The position numbers and the translations under genes are program-made. From the NCBI GenBank assembly GCA_965650445.1, contig CBFGOU010000001.1, positions 4,095-68,094 on the forward strand: 64,000 bases of DNA, written 5' to 3'. The notes beneath the pieces are model-generated. The model searched no databases and was not told the DNA's origin. It saw nothing but the letters and a program-made list of their open reading frames with translations. Below, piece after piece: positions 19,011 through 29,800 of the stretch. Position 1 is the first letter of the stretch, and each line of letters starts with the position of its first letter. The DNA is from an uncultured Oxalobacteraceae bacterium. GTDB lineage: Bacteria > Pseudomonadota > Gammaproteobacteria > Burkholderiales > Burkholderiaceae_D.

Positions 19011-21412
19011 CCGCCACTACCATTGAAGTCGGAAGCGTCCTGATTGCAACGTCCGAAGCCTCTCCCTTTGTCGGCGGGCCCCATCGTGTCCTGCAGGTAG
19101 CGCAACGACTCGATCGCGTGCTGCTTATCCCTATTCCACTCGGCCCAAGGCTTACTGAAGGCAATAAGCTGGTGAGCTATTACGCCAAGGGATTCGTCTC
19201 AAAAAAGCTAAGCCTGCTAGAGCATTGGCTCGAAATGAAACATATACAGACGACGAGCATTGCTGTGCCAGATCATTGGTACATGAGCGACGAACAGCTT
19301 CGGCAGTTATCTCCGCCTACGTCCACGCACGGCAAAGATTCGCAAGACTCCATACGCTCCCCTCTTGAAATCAAACGCGACTTCAAGTGGATGCTGATTG
19401 CTCCGCTTATTCCTTCGGAGAACGGCCCGTCAGGACTTCGCCCACCGGATCTTGCGGGACTTGACTCGCTCGTGCGAAGCCGAGCGCGCGACGCCAAGGT
19501 TAGCCCGGGCCAGATATTTGACGCACTCCATCGCTTCTATGCGTTCGGTTGCGTCAAAAATGCATTGTTGCCGAACACGACTAACAAATCGGGGGCTCCG
19601 GGTACGCCGCGGCGAGCAAAAAACGGGGTGAAGCTCGGTAGAAAAAACGCGGCGGTTAAGGCCGGGCACATCGACCAGGCGGGTTTGGCGCTCACCGACA
19701 AGGATGTCCAAAATCTGGAGGATGGCTATGCGTCCTTTGTCATTCCTGGAACAACGGTCCCACAAGCGTTCTTGTCAATGAGCGCTGCGTTCTACAGCAA
19801 AGGGCATTCCATCAAGCACGGTTACGCGGTGCCCGAACTGTATGAGGCAAATGCGCGCCCCACAGAGCGCGAATTCCGGTATCACGGCGAACGCGGAAAG
19901 GATGCGCATGGAGCGGCTCGGCGGTTAATGGGGGAAGGAAAGTGGGCACGTGATTATCGTCCGCTAATCGGAACGGCCCGCGACGGCATCACAACAATTG
20001 GCCAGGTCGGCTCCATTGACGCGTCGCCTGTGGATGTGAACTTCGTCTCCTGTAGCGACCCTAGGCAAGCAATTGGCGTAGGACGGGGCATTTTCGTACG
20101 GGATGGGTGGCTCGGCCTTTACCTGGGATTTCACGTGACGCAGGACGGACTTGGCACCGACGACGCAAAGCTTGCAATTCTAAGGGCAGCTACCGACAAA
20201 TCCGCAACACTGAAGCGCTACGGACTCGACCTCCCGCCAGAAGATTTTCCGTCGATTTTCTTCTCGAAATACCTGTCGGACAATGGCGAGCTGCGTAGTC
20301 TGGACGGGATGCATTCTATCGTCGACCAGCTTACCTCTCGTATTGAATTTGTTGCCAGCGGCCGTGCCGATAGGAACAGTGCATCTGAATCCGGCCACCA
20401 CTCGCGGCACCGCGGTTTCGACCATCACTTTACGGGCTCTACAAAGGGGAAGGTAGCACAGCGCGGTGAGCCGCTGGCGATATCGAAAGCACTGATCACG
20501 AGGTTCGCGTATACGCGACTTCTGCTGCTATGGACACATTGGGCAAATACCAAACAACTACTGCCTCTTCACATGGTTCCTACCGAAATGCAGCGCGAAA
20601 TGTCGATGCAAGGAAAACCGATCGAACGAACCCGCATTGCGATTTACCGATGGGCCAAAGCAAATGGGTACGTGACCTGGAAGCCGATGGAAGCCAGCTT
20701 TCTGCGAGCCCACCTCTTGCCCAAATTTACCGCCAGCGTCCAGCGTGATGGCTTGGTATTGCACCGGCCGAACCCCGGTAAAGCAGTGGAGCTGATGCAT
20801 GGTGCGAGATTCAACCACGAGTATCTGGCGCTCTCCGGCATTATTCGGGACGCTGTAAAACGTGGCAAGAAGCATATTGAAGTCAGAGCGGACCCGGACG
20901 ACTTGAGTCAAATTCTCGTCGTTGACGGTAAGGGAATTCATATCATTCCTAATATAAAGGACGACATTCTCTTCATTCAGGAAGGTGGCGTCGCGGACCT
21001 TTGCGCGATCAATGACAAAGAGAAGCAGGACGGCGTACTTGCCGCCTCTCGAATCGATCAGGACGCCATTGAGCAGCAATCGTTCCGCAAGGAGGCGGAG
21101 GCGGAAGCGCACGAGGCCCAACAAGCTGCGGTGAGGCAATGGGGCCCCCAAGGCCGATCAAGCACAAAGCGTGAGGGTGTTCGCTTGGCGAAAAAGGTGG
21201 AGCAACGCAACCAGTACGACAACGAGGTGCGTCGCGCCGCTGAACAGCGTGCAGCGCCTGAGGAGGCCGCAGTGCCCGCTGCTATCCAGGAGGTCCACTC
21301 ACCCCTGCCAGATTCACCGGAACCACCTCACTCCGTATCGAACCGAGGCAACGAACTGATGGAAATGCGCATGCGCCGGCTCACAAGTTTTACCAGCGAA
21401 AGAAAGCATTAA
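19007..21412 (+). CDS. tnsB: TnsB-like DDE transposase
   Basis: IDASP, YLSDNGE, NSASES candidate DDE residues; DPDDLSQI C-terminal motif; ATGA coupling to tnsA. Confidence 0.8.
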   Translation: MTATTIEVGSVLIATSEASPFVGGPHRVLQVAQRLDRVLLIPIPLGPRLTEGNKLVSYYAKGFVSKKLSLLEHWLEMKHIQTTSIAVPDHWYMSDEQLRQLSPPTSTHGKDSQDSIRSPLEIKRDFKWMLIAPLIPSENGPSGLRPPDLAGLDSLVRSRARDAKVSPGQIFDALHRFYAFGCVKNALLPNTTNKSGAPGTPRRAKNGVKLGRKNAAVKAGHIDQAGLALTDKDVQNLEDGYASFVIPGTTVPQAFLSMSAAFYSKGHSIKHGYAVPELYEANARPTEREFRYHGERGKDAHGAARRLMGEGKWARDYRPLIGTARDGITTIGQVGSIDASPVDVNFVSCSDPRQAIGVGRGIFVRDGWLGLYLGFHVTQDGLGTDDAKLAILRAATDKSATLKRYGLDLPPEDFPSIFFSKYLSDNGELRSLDGMHSIVDQLTSRIEFVASGRADRNSASESGHHSRHRGFDHHFTGSTKGKVAQRGEPLAISKALITRFAYTRLLLLWTHWANTKQLLPLHMVPTEMQREMSMQGKPIERTRIAIYRWAKANGYVTWKPMEASFLRAHLLPKFTASVQRDGLVLHRPNPGKAVELMHGARFNHEYLALSGIIRDAVKRGKKHIEVRADPDDLSQILVVDGKGIHIIPNIKDDILFIQEGGVADLCAINDKEKQDGVLAASRIDQDAIEQQSFRKEAEAEAHEAQQAAVRQWGPQGRSSTKREGVRLAKKVEQRNQYDNEVRRAAEQRAAPEEAAVPAAIQEVHSPLPDSPEPPHSVSNRGNELMEMRMRRLTSFTSERKH

Positions 21413-22908
21413 TGAGTAGCGAACAACGCTTGCCACAATCGTCCTCCGACAACCCCTTCCTGGAGCCTCTTGAGACAATCCTGTCCACCGATAATTTGGA
21501 ATGGCGGCTGCAGAATAATCCACTTCAAAATGTGGACACTGCAGCACTAAGCATTCAAGCACGGCATGACTTACTTGATCGTCTGCCGGAACAGATGTTC
21601 GAGCCAACGATGTCGTCAATCGACACGGCTACGCGGCTCTACCGTCTTATTCGACGGGGATACGCGTCCAGGAATCCGACTGAAGTGGCAACGCGGGTTA
21701 ACGCTATGGCCATCGCCCGTTTCGCTGGGTTAGAGATGAGCAAGCTGCCTTGGCTGCCTAGTTCGGCCAAGGGAATGCGCATCATTGGAATAACCGGCCT
21801 CGGGAAGACGTATGAAGTTTTCCGCGCGCTATCTCAGCTACCGCAGAAAATTGCACACGGACGATCACCCAGTGCGGGCTGGACCCACATGATTCAAGCA
21901 ACTTGGCTATACGTTCCGATGAGTCATGACGGGTCGCTCGGCGGCCTGCTTCTTCAAATTCTCACATCGTTAGACGAAGTGATCGGAACCTCCTACAGCA
22001 GTAAAGGTGGATTTGCTAGCCTCAGCAATGAAAAACTGGCGGTTCACGTTGGGATCATTCTGAACAACCATGGCGTTGGCGTATTGGTCATCGACGAATT
22101 GCAGCATCGCAATTTTTCGGGCGGTTCCCGCGGCGGACTGGCCGCCACGTTCTTCCTGCGGCTGCTCAACTTTGGTGTTCCTATCGTTCTGATGGGGAAT
22201 CCAAAGGGAATGGACGCACTTGACGCCTTCTCACAAGACATGCGCCGTGTTGGCGCCGGTGGCAGCATCCATATGCATCCTCTGGAAAAAGATGAGTTCG
22301 ATTTTGCCAACATGCTGGCGCCGGCCCTATGGCGTTACAACGTGATGCCAGAACCATCGCCTGTGAACGATTTAGACGGCGCGATCCTGTTCAAATATTG
22401 CGGAGGCATACGCGATTACGCGGCGCGAATCCGCGTGTGCTCACAACGCCTTGCGCTCGACCTAAACAAACGCTTCGTCACAGAAGAGCACATGGAACAG
22501 GCGTTCATGGGCCCTGACTTCAGCCCCGGTGAACGCGCGCTGATAGCGGGCTTCCGAGATAAAAATCCTCTTCTGCTAAGCAAATTTGATGACATACCGT
22601 GGGAGGACTATGCGGCCAAGTGGGGGCTGCTCCCATCAGGTGAAGGCGCCAGTTGTGGTGACCTGCCGAAGCCGGTTTCTACCCCGCCTGTCACGGCAGT
22701 GAAAATACGCAAGCCGGTAGCACAGGTGGCGGCGGCGGCCGCAAAACGAAAGCGCACGCGAAAGGCAAATCAAGACGCCGACAACACCGCGTTAAGGGAA
22801 ACGCTGGATTCGGAGGATATCCGAAACGACGGACTTAAGGACTACCTCATCAGCTCGATAAATGCTCTAAGGGACAGCGATCACGCTGCTGCACCAGAAC
22901 GTCTTTAG
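21412..22908 (+). CDS. tnsC: TnsC-like AAA+ ATPase
   Basis: NPFLEPL, Walker A GITGLGKT, Walker B VLVIDELQH, VPIVLMG. Confidence 0.9.
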   Translation: MSSEQRLPQSSSDNPFLEPLETILSTDNLEWRLQNNPLQNVDTAALSIQARHDLLDRLPEQMFEPTMSSIDTATRLYRLIRRGYASRNPTEVATRVNAMAIARFAGLEMSKLPWLPSSAKGMRIIGITGLGKTYEVFRALSQLPQKIAHGRSPSAGWTHMIQATWLYVPMSHDGSLGGLLLQILTSLDEVIGTSYSSKGGFASLSNEKLAVHVGIILNNHGVGVLVIDELQHRNFSGGSRGGLAATFFLRLLNFGVPIVLMGNPKGMDALDAFSQDMRRVGAGGSIHMHPLEKDEFDFANMLAPALWRYNVMPEPSPVNDLDGAILFKYCGGIRDYAARIRVCSQRLALDLNKRFVTEEHMEQAFMGPDFSPGERALIAGFRDKNPLLLSKFDDIPWEDYAAKWGLLPSGEGASCGDLPKPVSTPPVTAVKIRKPVAQVAAAAAKRKRTRKANQDADNTALRETLDSEDIRNDGLKDYLISSINALRDSDHAAAPERL

Positions 22909-22916
22909 GAACAACG

Positions 22917-24701
22917 ATGCTCAATACTACGGATAATTCGTCCAATACAATGCTGCCGTATTTCCCCGCGGGCTTTCCCGACGAGACCATAGGATCTCGA
23001 ATCAGCCGCTACCATATTCTTCGTGGTCAGCCGACTATTCAAACAACGTACGGACAGCTGTTCGATCGACTCCCGTTCAGTTCAAATGCAATGGTGCACC
23101 CGCATCTTGACAGGCTCGCCAAAAAGCTCCCGGGGTCGGCTGCGCACAACCTGATGACGCTGCACGCGGAGAGTACTCTCGGTCCGCTTTTCCAACGTTT
23201 TGCCGGCACAAGGCTCGATAGCACGACCACCGTGAGAGGGAACGATGCGCCGCTCCCTAGTCGCCCCAGGCGAATCCGTGGAGACAGCCGCCTCACGCAC
23301 ATCTGCGCACAATGCTTGCGGGATGATCAAACGTCGCTTGGCTCGCCCTATATCCACAGATCCCACCAGATACCCGGTGTCACATCTTGCTGGCGCCACG
23401 AAACTCGGCTGCTTGACCGGTGCCCATTCTGCCGGTGCCCGTTCGCACGGCCAAATGAACTGATTCTTTCCGCATGGCTGGGATGCGCATGTGGCTCATC
23501 CATCGCCGAGCATGTGCCAACCGAGCCATGGAGTCCTTCGGAAATCGAGAGGGAATTCGCAGAGTTCACAAGACAGCTCCTGGCCTCCGAAACGGTTCCT
23601 CTATCCGCGAGACAGCTCGTCGCCATCTACAAGCACAGGGCGCTTGAACTTGGCTATGGGTGGGGCGACCAGAAGATTAACCGCAAGCGGTTATTTGACC
23701 ATCTCGAAAAATTCTTCGGCGAGGCCCTGCTGGGGAAGATGGACCCGGCCTACGGGAAGGGAAAAACGAGCGGCTGGTTTCACCTACTGACACCAAGCTC
23801 CAGTCAAGAAACCCCTTTGAACAGGCATCTTATATTTGTATATTTTCTATTCCGCGATCCGTCGCTTTTCTTATCCCGCTCCGTTGCTGCCGCCAATACT
23901 GATCTCAGCATGTTCGCTGACACTCACGCTAGCGATCCCAATGTTCAGAAGGGTGTCGTTGGCGACACGCAGCCAAATGATCCTGCCCAAGTCCTCTTTG
24001 CCGAACTGACCGAGGCCGCTCAGCGTTTTGGCTATGACACTCAGCAATTGTGGCAATACCATTTCAGCGCCATGAAACGACTGGTGAAACTGATGCCAGA
24101 GGCGAGCACAGTGCTGGATGCTTATTTTCGAAAGACCAAAGAGAAGGAAGTGCGCACAGCGCTAGCAGCCTTCAAATCGCGCGAACGACTACGCCGAACC
24201 GACGTCAAGTGGTCGGACGAAATCACCGCGACGGCGCCTCGCCTTATCTGGAAGGATATAAGGCCGGTAAAGATTACCAAGCATCAGCTTCTCAACGGCG
24301 GATCCATCAAGCAAGCTACCTGGCCGGTACCATCGAAATACCCGTTGACCTGCGTCGCACTCAACCAGAAAGCAGAATCGATGTGGCATTTTTATGCGCG
24401 GCGAATGCTCTGGACCTTGCAAGCGTTGAACGATCCACACACGCCAGCGCACAAGATAATTATCCTGGCGGCGCTCGAGGTTAATAAAGCGCGAGCGGTC
24501 CTCGCGTTCTTTTCCGACGCGCCTCGCGGGGGTGGGACTTCCATGGAAATAATCAGGGCAATACTGAAAGGCAGGGGTATCGGTACGGACTGGAAGGGAC
24601 CGTGCCCAGAGCAGGAGTTCTACCGGGCCGGGAGGGCCTACAAATTGCGAACCTCACGCTGGGGTCCAATTGGTGGAAAAGCAGGGGATACCGACAAATA
24701 G
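22917..24701 (+). CDS. tniQ: TniQ/TnsD target selector (long, 594 aa)
   Basis: PDETIGSRISRY, CAQC...HRSHQIPGVTSCWRH, CPFC, CACG zinc motifs. Confidence 0.85.
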   Translation: MLNTTDNSSNTMLPYFPAGFPDETIGSRISRYHILRGQPTIQTTYGQLFDRLPFSSNAMVHPHLDRLAKKLPGSAAHNLMTLHAESTLGPLFQRFAGTRLDSTTTVRGNDAPLPSRPRRIRGDSRLTHICAQCLRDDQTSLGSPYIHRSHQIPGVTSCWRHETRLLDRCPFCRCPFARPNELILSAWLGCACGSSIAEHVPTEPWSPSEIEREFAEFTRQLLASETVPLSARQLVAIYKHRALELGYGWGDQKINRKRLFDHLEKFFGEALLGKMDPAYGKGKTSGWFHLLTPSSSQETPLNRHLIFVYFLFRDPSLFLSRSVAAANTDLSMFADTHASDPNVQKGVVGDTQPNDPAQVLFAELTEAAQRFGYDTQQLWQYHFSAMKRLVKLMPEASTVLDAYFRKTKEKEVRTALAAFKSRERLRRTDVKWSDEITATAPRLIWKDIRPVKITKHQLLNGGSIKQATWPVPSKYPLTCVALNQKAESMWHFYARRMLWTLQALNDPHTPAHKIIILAALEVNKARAVLAFFSDAPRGGGTSMEIIRAILKGRGIGTDWKGPCPEQEFYRAGRAYKLRTSRWGPIGGKAGDTDK

Positions 24702-24719
24702 CCTCAGCATCGGCCAGGC

Positions 24720-25919
24720 ATGTTGATAACCCGCCTACCCATTCCGTATACCGACGAAACGCTCTACAGCGTTGCAGCGAGGACGCGCCGTGCAAATGCG
24801 GCAAGAGATGATCGCGACGCATGCCGAAGCCTGTTTGGTCCGTCACGAACGATGCGCGTGTCAGAGTTCCCGGTGAATCTTCTGCACTTTTGCGCTGCCA
24901 CGAATGGAATGCTTGGCAATCCGCTAGAGGTCCTTGACGCGATGACGGTGACAGGGTTCTATGATCGGGTGGGAGGTCGGCCATGGCGAACTGGCAGTTC
25001 GTGCATTCCCGCAATAACAGCAGGATATGCCTTATCGACTCTATCCAACGGCACCCTTTGGCTGTGGCGAGCATGTGCACAATGTGTGAAATCGGACCGC
25101 GCCATCCATGCGACAGCGTATTGGCGGCGAGCACATCAACTACCGACTTCATTTTTCTGCGTGCTACACAATGCGCCACTGAGCGCATCGGTGGCAGCTG
25201 TGAAAGAACGCCACAACCGATTTCTTCTTCCCGACGAAACGCGACTCGACGACACGTATGCGCCCCTCGCACGGACCAAGGATGACGAAGCGCTAATGCG
25301 GCTGACCACGCTAGCGGTTGATGTCCTGCAACATATTGGTGCCCCGGTCAACGCGACAGCAGTGCATGCAACCATACTTCGTGCACTCGACAATCGCGCA
25401 CTGCTGACGGCTTCCGGCGCTATCCGTCAAGAGCCATTTGCCAGGGAATTCTTTCGACACTACGGATTCTTGAATCAACATCCGGAGTTTGCTTCTGCAG
25501 TGTCAATTACCGGCATCAATATCCTTGCGCGAAGCCTCCGGGGCGTCAATGCATGGAGATCGGCCACGCACAATATCCTGCTCATCGATTGGTTGTTCGG
25601 TTCCTGGCCGGCGTTCCTTGACCAATGCTATTGGCAATCGGTGATGGATTACCCGGGCGAAGAAACGGAACTGGCTTTGCTCTCAAATCCGCAGACGCAA
25701 ATTTGGTGGAAGACGCAGAAAAGCGTTGATCTATCAGAGAAACATGCCCATCGGCGGGCTTGTTTGGATTTTCTGAGCAAGCAAACACCCGCCCTGCGAA
25801 ATGTCTTCGCTCGCACTGCGCCCAAATCGTTCAGGTGGTTACTACGATACGATCCGGAATGGTTGGACCAGCATTGCCCGACTGCAGTAAGCCGCCCGGT
25901 CCAGGCCGAACTTTTTTGA
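24720..25919 (+). CDS. tniQ: second TniQ/TnsD-like protein (399 aa)
   Basis: PYTDETLYS, CAQC...YWRRAHQLP...CVLH; TnsD-like C-terminal WLLRYDPEWL. Confidence 0.85.
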   Translation: MLITRLPIPYTDETLYSVAARTRRANAARDDRDACRSLFGPSRTMRVSEFPVNLLHFCAATNGMLGNPLEVLDAMTVTGFYDRVGGRPWRTGSSCIPAITAGYALSTLSNGTLWLWRACAQCVKSDRAIHATAYWRRAHQLPTSFFCVLHNAPLSASVAAVKERHNRFLLPDETRLDDTYAPLARTKDDEALMRLTTLAVDVLQHIGAPVNATAVHATILRALDNRALLTASGAIRQEPFAREFFRHYGFLNQHPEFASAVSITGINILARSLRGVNAWRSATHNILLIDWLFGSWPAFLDQCYWQSVMDYPGEETELALLSNPQTQIWWKTQKSVDLSEKHAHRRACLDFLSKQTPALRNVFARTAPKSFRWLLRYDPEWLDQHCPTAVSRPVQAELF

Positions 25920-26218
25920 GAGTCGGCAAGGACCACAAGGAGTTGAAGACACCCGGTACAGCGATCGCGCGCCGCCCGTGGCTCGCATGCGGATCGGCAT
26001 CATTCGCTGGTCCGCGCACGCCTAGAAAAACGCCTTCAGCTGTTCATACAGCGCCTATGCGCCAAGCCCGGCGTCCGCCGGACCGGCACCGGCCCGTTCG
26101 CCGCACCGAGGCTTGTACTTCGATTCGAGCAAGGGTTTGCAGTGCCTGCCGCCAGCCTTGTTCCAGAATTTTCTGGCGCAGGTCCGCTTGGTCGTCGGCG
26201 GCGCCAAAGCGTGCGCCA

Positions 26219-26539
26219 CTACCAAACCGCCCGACATGTCTTCCATTGCATTGCCCAGCGGTTCAGGTTCTTCATGATTTTCTTCGCTGGCACCTCGGGC
26301 GTGGACGCCTCGGCAATCGCTTTCAATACGACGGGAAGCGGAATCTCGTCCAGCAGCGCCATCAGGTGGGGGTGATAGCGCAAGGGTGCTTCCCCCGTCC
26401 GCAGGATGTGGGCCAGTACCTCGGGCGTAAGCAAGTCGCGATAACTAGTGCTGGCGCTGCGCGCGCAACCGCCAGCGCGCTTTTCATTCCGATCGACTTC
26501 AATTCTGTCGCCTCCAAACCAAGAATATCCATGACCATC
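26219..26539 (-). pseudogene. frameshifted remnant, probably the C-terminus of an HTH antitoxin-like protein
   Basis: MVMDILGLE... switches frame into ASTSYRDLLTPEVLAHILRTGEAP...MALLDEIP; the ORF following it is short and degraded. Confidence 0.35.
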
Positions 26540-26861
26540 TTACGCTTGGCAAAACCAAGTCGTTGAGGTCCTGCTCTCCACTTGGTTAATGGCTATGCTT
26601 CGTCGCCAGCTCATGCTCGGCGCACCGCCTGCTGTCCTCCGGCCATCGTGGCCGAACTTGCCGTGTTAGCGACCTAACGGTCACTGTGGAGCGACTGCTC
26701 TCCCCACTTCCTACAGACAAGCAAATCCGGCGGTCAAAGCTACACATGGCGCCCCCTCGAGCGCAAGTCAAGGAATTTTTGATATGCTGTGCTTCCTTGT
26801 CGCCCGGAGGGCCAGCATTCACGCCATCGCCGACCCAACAGAGCCTTCTAAGAGTCAAGAA

Positions 26862-29800
26862 TTGAGCAAATTGCCCGGGAAACCTGCAGATCATACTGGC
26901 GGAAATCCGTCGTTGGACGGCTGGCACTACCAATGTGACGTATCCGTGTTTGCGGCGCTGGATCTGCTGGTGGTCAACCGTGTCGCCAAGGTGCTTCAGC
27001 TCGAGCCTGCGACACAGGAAGACCTGGAGGCGGAGCTTGAAGTCCCGCAGGTTTCGTCATCGGCTGTCGTGGACGGCGAACGCCTCGTCGTCCAAGCCAA
27101 ATTGCGTCGTACCGGCCAATGGACGCCCGCCTCACTGCGCGACTTGGTGGAGCACGGGGAGAAGCGCCCGTCCGCATTGAAGTTGTTGGAGGACACGAAG
27201 GTCCGGTACGTGCTGTTCACTAGTGCCGACGTGTCGGGAACGCTCGGTGCGCTGCAGGTCGATGCCCTGCTGGAGCGCCCCGGCGGCGACGACCTGCCGG
27301 CTGATGTGTTCCCGCCCACGCTCGTCCAAGCGGCGGCAGGCCGGTTCGCGGTGCTGGCTCAATACAACGAGGCGCGCGTTGTCGAGAAGATCGACGCTTA
27401 CTTACTTAGTCCTCTGAGCATCCCGAGAGAGCGCCACGAAGCCTGTCGCGAAGATCTCCGCAAAGCCGCAATGGCGGGGATGCGAATAGGCTACGCCTGG
27501 CCCAGGGGTGATGTGGAAGCCATTATCAAGATGCATGGTGGCTCCATCCCGTCTGAGCGCGACCGCAAGTTTGTCCCGCCCACGAACTGGGGCGACATCG
27601 TTGCCCAGATGGACAAGCGCAACGCCATCGTCATCACAGGGCCGTCGGGCACGGGCAAGACCACCGTGGCCAAGGCTCTCTACCAACACTACCGTAGCGT
27701 CGTGCCTGGGATCAGCTATGTGGAACCTGGAGGTCCTGGCGAGCTGAAGGTTCGGCCAGACGCCGGCCCTACCTTCTTCTACGTGGAAGATCCGTGGGGC
27801 AAGTATGAGATTGGCACCAACACGGCGGTATGGACAGTTGAGCTGGAGGAGCGGCTGCTGAAGGCCAGTGCCCAGCAGAAGATCGTGGTCACCAGCCGTA
27901 CCGATATCCTCGCCGCGACCGTCGGAAGTCAGAGCGACTTCCTCAAGCAGTGGGAAGTGCGGCTGGAGGCCAAGCACTACGGCGACAAGGAGCTGGGTAG
28001 GATGTACGAGGAGCTCGTCCGCCTCCTCGGCTCCAGTATCTTGCAGCTGGCAGCCATCCGTGCCAGGGAACGCGTCCTGCAAACGTTGCGGACCCCCTTC
28101 GAGATTGACCGCTTTGTGGCACTGCTGCAAGCCGGGGCTATCCCTGCCGACGAGAACGAAGACCAGTTCGTGTCGCGGATCCTGCACGAAACCCAAACCC
28201 GCGCCATCGAAAACGAGGTCGAGTTGATGGTGAAGGCGCGCCATTACGAGAAGGCAGCAGTGGTGCTGTGGGGTCTGATGAGCACCCGACATGGCGTGCG
28301 TCGCCAAGACTTGCCAACCATCCGGCGAGCCATCAGCAAGCTGGATCCGGCATTCGGCCCTGGGTTAGAAAGGCTCGTGAACGATCTAGTGGCCGGCGGC
28401 AGTCTGCGCCAGCCTAGCAGCGACGTCACGTATACCCACCCCCGTGTGGAGCAAGGCCTCATCCGTGTGGTGCGAGCCAACCCTGAGGTGACAGAAGTCA
28501 CCCTGGAACACCTGCTGACGGCTCTCGTCCGCATGGGCAACACTGGGAACACCCAGGCCGTTGAGACAGCAGTGCGACTCCACGCTTTCATCAAGGATTC
28601 CGACCAGTCCCTGTACGAGGTATCTCATGAAGTCCAACTCACCATCGACATTTGGCTGGAGGACGCGCTCAGCAAGGACCACGACGACTACGTTGGCCTG
28701 CTGCGCCTAGCCTGCATCGCCGGCTCCCGCGCATGCATCCCCGCTGAAGTCGCCCGGTGGTTGCGCCCTGTGACCACCGGCAAGCATTTCTTTATGCGCG
28801 ATTGGAAGCTCAGCAAACGCAGCGACGAATGGTACATGACGGTCCGCAACCATCCGCTCACGCAAGATGTTTGCGAGCGCTTCATTCGACTCGGCCTCAC
28901 CGTGGGCACCCGAGGCTATCCCGGCCGAATGGCCGAATACCTCGATACCATTGCATCGGGTCTGGATGCCGCTTGGCTAGACGCGGCGAAGATGATCGTT
29001 CATCGCGGCGAAGAAACCAATGCGATCACTGTCGGGTTCGGTGCCATGCGGGCCATCGAGAACCGCGAACCGCTGCTGCAACTCGCGCTCGCCGCACTCC
29101 GCGAGGAGGTTGAGGCGCTAAAGACGTACTCAGATCCCGAGCACTGGCCATTTATTGACGGCCACTACAACGGCGACTGGGAGCCTCTCGACGGCCACAC
29201 CGACTACTACTACGCCGCACGCGAACTGGTCTCTGCGTTCGCGGAGGCGACCCGTCGCGACTCGGGGTGGCACGCGCTTGCCGAACACAAGGATGCGCGC
29301 GCACTTGCCAGTGAGTGGTTTGATGCCATGGAAAAGGCCTCGGGCGCAGATGCCGGCGATGATGAGTTGCGGCGTCTGCTGGAACTGGGTAAAGGGGAAT
29401 ACCTTGAGCAGCGAATCTGGCGACTTTTGACGGAGAGGTGGCGCCCATCCTTCGTGGTCTCCCTCCGCGAGCGACTGCTTTCTGGCGACGAATCAGCGCA
29501 TCTGCGCGAAGTCGCAGCGCGCTGTGCCTTGGAACACGCGCCGGACTTGTTGACCGAAGTGGCCAAGGAGCTTTTTGATAAAGGCCAGACGGTACGGTTG
29601 CTGGAACTGGCGCACGACGCCAAAACCCACACTAAGCGCTTCGGCGTCAGGGGTAGCCAACACCTGGCCTACGATGCGTTCGAGCTGCGCCTGCCGGCGC
29701 CCTTCGGGGAGCTTGCGGCGGCGTTCGCGCCGTTGGACGATATCCAGGAAGTGCAACTCACCGACGCTTCACTGGATGGGTTGATTCCTCTGCTCGGAAA

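Noticed and set aside
17192-26000. CRISPR-associated transposon (CAST)
   Set aside because: No Cas6/7/8 or Cas12k ORF and no array visible in the element
26560-26720. GTTAG/CTAAC and TGCTCTCC repeats as an integron attC site
   Set aside because: No complete attC stem and no integron integrase
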